Assembly: GCF_015706575.1 (NCBI RefSeq)
Contig: NW_024037061.1
Span: 1,043,897-1,107,896, forward strand
Direction of reading: 5' to 3'
DNA: 64,000 bases
Source of the DNA: Patiria miniata
Lineage: Eukaryota
Part shown: positions 20,128 through 32,100 of the stretch, in pieces
How the letters are laid out: the number at the start of each line of letters is the position of its first letter
Position numbering within the stretch: the first letter of the stretch is position 1
Notes under the pieces: generated by a model
Told to the model about the DNA's origin: nothing
The model's database searches: none
Seen by the model: the letters and a program-made list of their open reading frames with translations, nothing else
Position numbers and translations under genes: made by a program

Positions 20128-23100
20128 GTTGGTAAATTTTCTCATACACTAAGTATGATCACCATTTACGTGAAATTAAATGAAATATCCTAAATTTAAC
20201 AAAAATGTAAGTATTTTTTGTAGTATACATGTCCCAGCTGCTATCATAACGTGCGCATTGTACAGTTGTAGGGGGCATGCGTGGCGTCTGACATGTACTG
20301 CGTACTTATGTATGAATATATGCAACTGCTTTACTGAACATTGTTGGAACTTCAAATCTGAAGGTTTCGGGTAGAAATGCTAAGGGAATAAAATGCGCAT
20401 TACCCCTTTTAGATGATCACTGCATGCGGTACATGTAGGCCCAGTGAAGGTCCCCATATGCAAAAATGCTTGGGAAAGACCGTGACATCCCCCCCCCCCC
20501 CACGTTTTCTAATAGTACTCGGTATGAAGTGCTTTTTACTGTTAGATTTTGTGTTTTGTATATGAGGAACAAATCAAGTCTCTTTTTCTGAAATGAAGAT
20601 GGTGATTATTGTCCGTTTTCCTTTGCATGTTTTCATTTATTCATGGAGGTAGAAAAAAAACCATGGTTCATTGTATACATGTACAAATCATCTGTACATG
20701 ATGCAGTGGTGGACAGATGAATGTTGTGGTATTTCTTTTTAAATAAAGATGCCCAACTTGTGATGAGAGTATGCAAATAACCTTAAATTTTCACAGTTAC
20801 TAGTCAATAACACGTATTTTCTACTAAATGGAGCGATCGCCACATATTTTAAAATATGTTTTTTTCAAACTCGGTCACTTTAATTTTTACTCCCTGTGAT
20901 GAGATAAGGACTGGCCAGCCAACCTTGGTGGCCCAGTTCTTGTAATTAAGGTGTCTGCACTTCATACAGTGCAAGTTCTCCGACAGTGAACGGCGCTAAT
21001 TTCATTACGTTGGTGAAGGGCGAAACTTAAACCATAAACTCATCATATTCAACGATCAAATTAGTCAATATTTGTTGGTACTCTATCACTGTCCCCAAAA
21101 CCCATCCAAACTAATATTGACAGGTCTGTCTGTCTGCAGATCAGCTTGACCTTTAGACAAGTATCTATTTTAAGCTGGTATAAGTGTAGATCTAGGTCAT
21201 CAATTATTGGCCAGGACAAACGTTAATGATTGTACCAGGCATGCATTGAGCTCTTAAGTGATTGGCCAGTTCTGCTCAAATGCCCCAGACTGCAGAATCT
21301 CATTGGTCAACAGCTGGGTACCTCATTGATGAGCTCTTATGTGATTGGCCAGTTCTGCTCAAATGGCCAGACTGCTGAATCTCATTGGACAACAGCTGGC
21401 TACCTCATTGATGAGCTCTAAAGTGATTGGCCAGTTCAGCTCAAATGGCCAAACTGCATAAACTCATTGGTCAACAGCTGGCGACCTCATTGAGGAGCTC
21501 TTAAGTGATTGGCCAGTTCTGCTCAAATGCCCCAGACTGCTGAATCTCATTGGACAACAGCTGGCGACCTCATTGATGAGCTCTAAAGTGATTGGCCAGT
21601 TCTGCTCCAATGCCCCAGACTGCAGAATCTCATTAGACAACAGCTGGTGACCTCGTTGATACAAATTTGGGGGTTACAACGGGAGGTCACTGGCTGTTTT
21701 TCAATAACAAGTATTTGGTGACCCTGGAGCACTTAGTTCCTCAAGGACCAAGGATTACTGGATTTGCACAGTACTACTGTAGGATAACCTCCAGTGCTTG
21801 TGCAGTGTAAGCTGTGCACGTACTGTATGTATACATATGTACAATGTGCTGTATACGTACAGTATCTGTACTCGTGGAGGAAGTGGATTGTTTCTGTTGG
21901 CAGCTATAGAAATTAGAAGGGTAAGTCTTCAGCTTAAAAATAATTAGGGGGGGGGGGGGGAGGATTCGGCCTACGATTTACAATATTCTTCAATTGAAAA
22001 ATACATGTAAACATCCCAATTTGGTTTTGGCATTTCTGTACACCGGGCTGTGCCCAGGCAAGCCTCATTTTGCCATAAATCCTCACAAATATTTGGAGCT
22101 GTTCAAAATCTTATTAAAAAATGACAAATGGCCTACATTGCACATGTACATGTCCAATGTACCATACATACACGTAGCTGGCCAAAATGCATCTTGTTAA
22201 GAAATGATGAATGGCCTGAACTCTCCTGCTGCATTGCCCTTCTGAACTTTATATCAATAAATTAATATGAAATATGATACTTGTGTAAACCAAAATGTGG
22301 AATTTGAGATGAGTTCATGCCACGAAAATATTCTGCATAATTGGTAAAATATATCCTTAATGTGTATCTCTGTAGGGTTATCATAATTATAGGCTTTTTG
22401 AGAAACTAGCTGCTGACCACGAAGTTCTCGGCGAATTATTTGCGTTGCGCTTGCTAGTTCTGTACAGAATTTAGCTTTTTAGGGATACTTTTTCTCATCT
22501 TTATTTACAGTTTTTATGTCAGATAAAGGGGTTCACTGGAAGTGTGGTCATGGTGGGGAGACTTTGTGTTGTAAGACAACCTTTGACATAAAGTCCAAGT
22601 AGCCTTCTACATTTATGTTCACTGTATGTACTTCCGACCATTTTTCAGTAACTACAGTGTACATACACTTTAGTTTGAATTCATGTCATGGTTGCGTGAA
22701 TTCTTGCAGCTGCTCACATGCAGTAAGTTGAATCATATTTTTCTTACAACTCAGAAGAAATTTACAAGCATGTATTGTACAATGTATCAACGGGAAAATG
22801 AGTTTGTTTTTTGCCAGTGCCAACAGTACAAATCCAAGTGGAATTGAGCAGTATGTAGGTAGGAACTGGAAAACTCAAATCATACAAAATGTTCCCTCTA
22901 GGTAGTGAGAATTTTACTGATCGAGTCCAACAGAAGTAAAAGGTGAGGGAAAATGTGGTGTTCTACCACAGTCTTAAATGTACCGGTATGTATAAAGGGT
23001 AAACATTATAGGAGCTGTACATTGTTGAAAATACAGAGTTTTAAGAGTTCATTTATTTGATGTCCAACAGCAACGTGTCGACCTGTCCAAAGACTGGACG

Positions 23101-26100
23101 TCCTTCATCGGAACCTCAACCCCAAGCCTGTCGCCCTACAAGGATCCAGACCAGGCCGCCTCCTCTTCCTCAAATCCGGACTCCGTCTTTGTTCTCCTGG
23201 AGGCCTCCCCGCCCAAGACGGATCGGCAGGGTCGCCTGAATCTGCGCAAGGTGGCCCGGGAGCGAGTCGTGAAGCTCTCCGGGCTGACCACTCCACTGGC
23301 GTGGAAATCAGGCGAGCCGTTTGGCATTCTGGTCCAGGCCTCTGCCAACAACTTTGGGCTGGTGGGCTCTGCCTATCTGGAAGGGGTGCTGGAGCTTGAC
23401 GACGGCCTGCTGGTAGAGCAGATAGTCTGTGAGTACATGTGAAACATTGTAGTGATTGGACCGATAGCATGTTGAATATGTTGAATAATAAACCAGCCAA
23501 GCATGTCAATCACGGGGGTTCCCCAGTCGCCACCCGCGATACGGCAGTCTTGTATGCAGTGTGAAACCGTGAAGTCGTGTCCCTCTCTGATGTGTGGCTG
23601 ACTCTGCGCTGCCTCACGACTCCGCGCTGCTATAGCTCTAGACTCCCATAGTACTGCTGTACTACAACATCAGGTTTGGCAAAGGTAGTGAGAGAGTGCA
23701 TGGGTGAGAGTTGTTAGTACCGGTAGGAGACTGTCTCAAAATTGAAAGCATACAAGGTTCATTCAGAATATAGTACAGTCTTGATGACATTTCACTGGTG
23801 AGATTATTTTGGATTTGTGATATAGAAAATGGCAAATTTCAGCTGTGACAGCTTACTCTGTGTACAATCATTTTTCAGGTGTTGATACAATTGGGGAGCC
23901 GTTCAACCTCGTCAATCAAGACCCCAAGACTCCTTCGCCTTCCCCCTTCCCACCCGGTTCCCCCTTCCACCGTTCTCCCTCCGGAAACAGCCTCCTCCAA
24001 AGATCAGGTTCGTCCAAAAAGGAGGTAAAACCGCTGCGCCGGAAACACTCTCAGGAATTCCTCAAGAAATTGGAGGAGCAGCATCAGAGAATTTCCCGCA
24101 AATCCTCGTCGGAGTCGAGCGACCTGGGTGGCATCTCGGTCGAAATGGCCGGTCAGGGACTAGATGATGAAGTACTGGTGGACATTGAAGGGAGTCCGAA
24201 ATTTCATCTAGGAGGAGCCACAATCGACGTTGGAGGCACATCCTCGGGAGATGCCAGCAATGTCTCAAGGAAGCCTCCCAATCTTCTTGTGTATACGGGA
24301 AGTGACGACACGGACAAATCCAGATACAAGTCCTCGGTGGCTTTTCTGGAGAAATTCCTGCACCGGGATCGCTATGTCATCTACCATTTGGAGCAAGAAC
24401 AAGCTTTGAAACATCCGTGGGCCGAAAACTGCAAGCTTCTTCTCCTAATGACGGGCAAAGAACCCATTCCCGAGAACACACTGAAGAAGTTTACCGATTA
24501 CGTTAAGAGTGGCGGATTTCTTTTCGTACTTGATGGCCAAAGTGCCAACTCTGAAACACCTGCGAGCGTGAGCGCTATTAAGTACTCGGAAATGCTCGGA
24601 GGGGAGATGCTGTCCTTTCAAGGCCTTTGTTCTGAGGATCCCCTAAAGAGGGACTTGTTTCCTGGGGGACAAATGAAGGTGCTGGCAGAGAGTCAAGGAA
24701 ACGCTGTCATTACCGAAACTTCCTTCAAAGGTAGCGCAGGAAAAATCATATCTTCTCAAGTAAGTCACTAAAATCTACATGTATCAATACACTTACATGT
24801 AGTATTCCGGAGTTTGCAAGTTCAAACCTCGCTCAATGCAATTTCTTTGTTCGAGCTTTAAATTACAAAAATGCATCATGTTTGTTGTCTTGTTGTGGTT
24901 CATTTGAAGATGTATATCATTGTATAACCAGTTCACGCCGGATGACTAGTATACCAGCAAATTGGTTTTGCGGTATTCGGAACAAATGACTGATAAACAC
25001 GCAGGGAGCGATGCCGGAAATATCTGTCAGAGACCCGCTCGTAGCGAGCAAGGTCGGGAATATGAGTGTGCTGCCCGAGGGTGATGGTTTCAACCCGCCT
25101 GGCTTGAGATCGCGTGAAAAGTAATCCCGCACCTCGTTCCGTTTTTGTCAAAATAATCCCGCGCCAACTGGTTAACATTTAGGAATAATTTTTTACATCT
25201 GTAATTGCGATATTTCCACATTGAAATGAAAAAAAAAAAGTTCAAATTTTTTGATGTCAAGATTTGGGCTGTGAGGTTGAACTAACATGTTCATGTAGTC
25301 ATGACTCATTCCCTGTACAATTTACAAGATGCATGCTCGTCATGTCATTCGTCACATTAGCATTTCAGTCCATGGAAACATGTGCATATGATTACTACCA
25401 GATAACGTGACACTGTGACGATATTAACAACTGCCCGTCTGAAGTTAGATTCCTATCTATCACATTTCAAAATGAGAAAAGAACATGTGATGCTGAGTCT
25501 CATTAGTGAACAGAACAAAAAACCACAAGGGAATGTGACCATGCTACATTGAACATTTGTTGACTGCTGTGATGTGGGTTATGGTGTTTTAACACCCAAG
25601 GGGCGCATAGCACCCGAAGCGAATTATGGAACAAAGTGATTGACTGGAGTGGGGTTTGAACCTGCGACCTCCGGATTGGTGTTCCGGTGCTCTACCAACT
25701 GAGCTATCCAGCCCAATGTTGGCAGTTACCTATTTTGTCAATGTCTTTGTTCAAGGGGCGCTAGTCAGAAGCCATGAACTATATGCCATGCATGTATCCA
25801 GGGATCACGCCCAAAGTCACGATGCTAGCAACATTAACAATGCTGCAAACCTGGAAAATATGTAGAAAACAGTGATCACTCAAAGAGGATACATCTTTTT
25901 ATTGCAAATATTCAAATAAACAACATTTTAATCAAATATGTGCATAAATTTTCATGTTTTTATGGTAACAGGTCCAGCTTCAACTCATCTCCCCAGAGAG
26001 TCTGGTTCCGGACACCGAAGCCTTTACTGAACTTAAACAGTCCAATGAGGTCCGACACCAGGTCATCTTTGACCTTCTGGGCCGGCTGGGGTTAAAGTGC

Positions 26101-29100
26101 GCGACCTCCGAGCTACCAGATCTGACTGCCGGCTACCTGCTTGGTGTTAATGAGGTAAAACTGAAAAAAATGCTGCTAAATTATGTTTTAGTTAAACATG
26201 GGGAAGGTATTTTAGAAAAATATCTGGTTGATTAAGTTTCAGAAAACTTGCATCAAACATGCAATACACTGTTTTGAAATAAATTAGAATAAAAAAAATT
26301 GACTAATTTCTTGCTTGGCTTTTCACTTTATTGATACATACCATCGTACACATTTCATCTTTTCATAATGTGTTACCCTCACATTTAAAAATGCCATACT
26401 ATTATTTTGTTAATTATTTTTTTCAACATTATTTTATCAGTGTCTATTCAATCAAGATTTAAAAAGAGGTCATTTTTCCTCCCTCTGGAAGTGACCCTTT
26501 TGATTCATTGCAGAAATTAGAAAATTATGGTATTAACAACAACACAGGAAAACATTACCGTTCTTGTGTAATAAGAATCTGCCTTCAAAGATTTTTTTTT
26601 ATTTTTCAAATATCTGAAGTACTTAAGAAGATTTTTTTTTATGTGTATGTTTGGTGAGAAAGTACACAAAGTATATTCTTACGGTAGGGACAATTGTAAT
26701 GATGAGAATACAGGATACCTTACAGATGCAGCTCTGACTAAAAGGCGCTTGTTAAATCACTATTTTGTCTGGTTATTTTATCAGGCAGTTTATAGTGGAA
26801 TCCGGCGACCAGAATTTGAAGTTTTTTCTGCGGTGGTGTCATGCTCACGCGCATGCTGCAGGCATTCTTAAAGACGAGGCGCACGCGCATTTTGGTATTC
26901 CTATTGGTTGAAGGCGCCTGGAGTGCATGTGTACTACCTGAGGGCGACTCGCGCGAGTCTGGTGCCACCGTAGAAAATTGCTGCCGCCTGATTTGTCTAT
27001 TGGCAATGTGGATCTCGTGTGAAAATGTAGATATTCGGGTCTGGCCGCATTTGTCACATTAACGTATATTGTTTCTCATGGTCCCTATTCGAACGACGGA
27101 TGTGAATCAAGTTTTAATATTTTACACTTCTGAAAAGATATCCATCTTTGTTTTATGATTGATGATGGTTGTGTCATCAAGTGACATTGTTTATCGCAGG
27201 GCAGGACCTCCATGGAATGCGGGCTAGCGCGATATGGGCGCGTGCAGGACTTGCGTTGACTTGTATGTGTATCACACGGAATGTGACGGTCTGCCAACAT
27301 GTAAAAATGACAAGAATCTGCGAATCCATTAATTTTTTTTTATCCTGACTGGCTGTAGTTTCTTTCAGTTTGTTTATCACTCATCAGAAAGCAATCCGTT
27401 TGATTTCTAGTCATGCAAGACACAAGATGAGTATTTATTTTTTTGACAGCTTGCCTGTACATAACTTCGAGCAGGTTTCGTATTCCATATATTCCACACA
27501 TGCACGGGCATCTGTTTGGAGCATGCTGTTTCTCCTGCTCACTTTGAGCTTAAATTACAAGTACATGTACATGTCGTGAAGAATACTTAGTCATATAGTT
27601 AAAGGGAATATACAACATTTACAAACATCGAAAAACAAAACTACCAAGTGTTTACGAAATACCTTACTAGGATGTTGGTAAATGACAGTCTAAAGCATCC
27701 TGTAAAGTTATGTCACCTGGTGTGAAGTCATTTTCAAGAAAATGGTATTTTTGTATACATTTCCAACGGTGGTCAGCCGACCACTATTGGAAAAACCTAA
27801 CTATTTTTCAACTATTGCTCCAAATTTACAAATGTTTTTTTCAGTCAAAATGTTGTTTGCTATTGGTTACATGTTCATGAATGGGTGCAGGCCAGCTAGA
27901 CTGGTTCCCTTACCTTACAATTTTCCAGCATCTATAAATTGATCCATTTTATTTTTACTGGAGTCAGGGAACCAGACTACTTGAGCTTTTTTGTTTTTCT
28001 TGGTTTTTCCAGCATTTTCGAACACAAAACTTCAAACATGTCAGTGTAACAATATTTGATCTATTATACTAACCCCTCAAATACCGTAGTTCATTTCTGA
28101 AAATTAGAGCAAACATTCCCTTTAAATGAAGCATGTGTCTACATGTGTTGAATCCAAACCCTGATATTTCAAATTGTTTGCTGTCACATGGATTTTAAAG
28201 TGTAAGAAATTCACATGGTTTAAGAATGTACAGTTGAATTTGCACACGACATGTATTTTTTTTTTTGGGTAGCTTTTATGTACCGGTACATGTACATGTA
28301 CATGTACATGATGTAGCTTTTTTTTTTGTTTTTTTGTTTTTTAATATCTACTATAATACATGAACATGTATGTTGGCTAGAAGTATACAATACATACATG
28401 TGCACTGCCTCACAATTAAAAATTGAATAAAAAAACTAGCTCCCTGTATTGCTCTTCTAAAGGGGCCACACGGGCAGATACAAGGGGGTGGTTTGGTGCA
28501 CCCCCCCCCCTTCCTCACCTTCCAGCTGGGCAAGTTAAAAAAAAATTAATAAAAAAACCCACCAAAATTCCTTAATTCTCCTGATTAACACCATCACTCA
28601 ATATTGCAAATCGTGATTCATTGCTTAACCCTAACCCCCTAGGCCCTTGTTGCTTACAACCATCCTCAATCCTCCAAAATCCTCCAAAATTTTGCAACTC
28701 TGCCTAAATTTTTCAAAATTGTCAGACAGTCCTGCCTCAAAATGCATTCATCCTCAATCCTCCAAAATCCTCCTCATCCCAAAACTTTGCACTCGTGTTT
28801 AAATGAAGGATAACCAATGCCAAATCCTTCAAAATCATCAGACAGTCCTGCCTCAAAATGCATTCATCCTCAATCCTCCAAAATCCTCTTGTGCTTCAAT
28901 CACCATTCATCCTCAATCCTCCAGAACCCTCATTTGATTCAATCACCATTCATCCTCGATCCTCTAGAATCCTCCAAAACCGCCAGGAGGATTTTGGAGG
29001 AGTGAGGTGGGTTAGGGTTAAGGCCTTTCAGTCTGTTTATGCATTGACGGCAACGTCTTGTCCACCCTTTCCCCCCCCCCCCTTGAAAAAAGTCAACACC

Positions 29101-32100
29101 CCAACCATCCCCTTTGGAACATCCTGGACCCTCACTGGGCCATTATTTACCCATTTTGACTTGGAGCGTGCTTCGGTGTATTTGACTCATGAATATTGAT
29201 ATTTCTTTCAATATGCAAATTGGAATACTGTATATTTTTTGGTTAATAGGCCTATGATTTTTTAATGCTTTAGATTTTTGTCTACTGAAAAAAATTTAAC
29301 ATTGCCTCTAATCAGGACTCAGAACTTTAAACAGACATCTATAAGACAAAGACTACAATGTGCCAGTACTGGTACCTAGGAAAGGTTTGCATGCACAATC
29401 TGAATATTGGACTTAAACAAATTGAAATCAATTTTCAAAACAAAAATTCCTTTTTTATATACAGCAAGTGGCAAGTGCCTTCTTGACGTCCATCCAGCCA
29501 AACCTTAAAGACAGTCAGCTGGCAAGTCGCTATCTCACTATGCAGTTTAACAGCGACCCGGACAAGGTCGGCCAAGCGACCCCCGACCTTCTGCCGGTCA
29601 TCACGGGTCAAAGTTCACCGCGGGGCGGAGCATTCGACTTCGAAGTTTACAAGAAACATTTGACTAGCAAGAGACTTGGGAATGTTGTGCTGTACACGGA
29701 GGTCGTTCCAACAACTATGGTTCTATTTGAAAGGTAAAGATATGTACATCCACACTAGTAGAGAGCTCTATTAAATGGAACTAGAGCTATATTAAATTCA
29801 TACACAGGCATGCAACTTTTCCTCGGATCAGCTGATTTCCTCTTTTTTTACTTCCCATGTGTTCCATTGAAAATAGAAAAACACTGTACAAAGTCTGGGA
29901 AAAATTTGAATTTCCTCTTTTTTTGTGATTTCCCAGTTGCATGCCTGCATACAATGTACGTTCATTCATTACTTTTACCGCAAGTTGAGAAAACAGAGTA
30001 ACAAGAGTATGGAAAACTCCAAAGTTTGTATAGTTTTTGTATCGCTTTTAGCATCTGGGTCTGTATTTGAAAATTGATTCATAAGTAAAGTCAATATGCC
30101 CAAAACCAAAAAGCACAATTAGTAAATTATTCCACTCTGTGATAGATGTAATACTTTTGATTTTACGGTCTTGTGAAACTGTACCCATATGCGTATTGAA
30201 TACAGCCGAAATGTTTTTTTTGGTGGAATTCGGAGTTTTCAGCTGTGAAATTCCATTACATGAATGTTCAACAGTCGCGTTCAAAATGTTCGCACCAAGA
30301 ACGTGTACAAGAGCGTTCAGCATAAAGGAATAAAGAGTTGGTGCTGTAGTCATTTCACTCGAATCGTGCTCAATCCAACAAGATTCTGCATAATTCAAAT
30401 GAACCCTCGACTCCTTACCTTGAGGGAAAGGGAAAATGTTGTCTCTTTTGCATGAAGCAGTAAACAGGTTCATCCATCATGGCTGCAATATTTGAAAACG
30501 CTGGTGACCCTTAGTAACCAGTTCACGTCGGACGACATACATGCAATGTTTTGCGGTATTCGGAACGCATGACGGATAAACACGCAACGAGCGAGGCTGG
30601 AAATATCTGTCAGCGACCCGCTTGCAGCGAGCGAGGCCGGAAATATCAGGGTGTGCTACCCACAGATGACGGCTTGAACCAGTCTGGCATCAAGGTTCGT
30701 TAAAACAATCCCTTGCTGGGTCTGGTCAATGTCAAAATAATCCCGGCGCAAACTGGTTAAGAACTTGTTTTTTCATAATTGCCATATCCTGTGCACTTAC
30801 ATTTGAGCTCATTTCAGTTCGCGTATCTTCATGCTACATTTTTTCAGAGGTTCACCTTGAATGACATTTTGTTGATTATTCCATACGATTTGACTATAGT
30901 ACAACCCATTTAAGTTAGCGCGATGGCACCAGTTATACCACCAAGCGCCAATGTAAGACGCGGCACAATTGTATACAGATGCATCATTGTCTTGATCGTA
31001 AGTGGTGAACGGCCAGCCATTGTGATACTCCAATGCATTACCAGCCGTACTCAGCTCAACGTATGCCTCAACGCGAAGAGTATACTTGTCTCCTTCGATG
31101 CGAAACTCGCCGTACTTGGCCCATGCCGTAGTGCCGTTCAGTGCCTCTAATTCGACCAGCAGCTCCCATCCGCACGCCAACTCCGTCAATTGACGTACCA
31201 TGTCGTTTCCCAGCCAGAACTCGCCGGCCAGGTCTCCGAACCCTGCTCGGTACACCGCCCAATTGCGGTAGAAGTTGACACTGCCGTCCTGACGTCGCTG
31301 AATGGTCACCCAGCCTCCTCCGTCGGTGGTCATGTCGCAGTAGGCCTGGAAGTTGCGTTGAGCTACGGTGAGGTTGTAAACCCCGCTCGCCCGTTCCCCA
31401 GCCTCAAACAAAGTCCTGCAGGTGACAGCATCAGGTACAGCCAGGAGATCGCTGCCATCGTAGTAGACGAACCCCAGCATCTGTTTGAAATCCCCGGGTT
31501 TTTGAGCCTGATCAGCATCATTCAAGACACACAACTGTCTGTGCGAGCAGTAATTGACTGAGTGACACCGAGGATCTGAATGACAGTCGCGTACGCAGAT
31601 TACGGACGACGCCGTCTTCCTCCATGCATAATCGCTGTATACAAGTCCGTGATTACTGGCAGCTCGAAAAATAGCTCCTAGATGCTTGCCACTGCCTCGT
31701 GGCAGAAGGACACTGACAACAAAAATCAAAAGTCTGACGGTAGTCGCCTCCCATTGTGTCTTTGGATACATGATTCTTATGCACCCGTAGTAATCAAAAG
31801 ACGTTGAAACTTAATTGATTCGAGTAAACTACCACAAGCCTGAAGCATTTGTTCAATATCCTTTGAAGCGCAGTGTACAAAAGGTTGTCGTTTCGCCGGT
31901 CCTCACTTTCTGGTGACCACAACCACACTGCGCCTTTCCTCGTACTGATATACACGTACATGCACCAACTAAAACTGACACAAGTCTGATTGGGTATGCA
32001 CACAGAGCGCTGAAGATATTGGGAGTGGGGTAATTACCCTGTACGGCTATCAATTTTGGTAGTGTAATATAAAAACTTGCAAAATTGCCAATTACGGTAA

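Noticed and set aside
23105-23509. 134-aa minus-strand ORF antisense to HLCS exon 2.
   Set aside because: GC-rich antisense frame of a confirmed coding exon. Pro/Arg-rich and low complexity.
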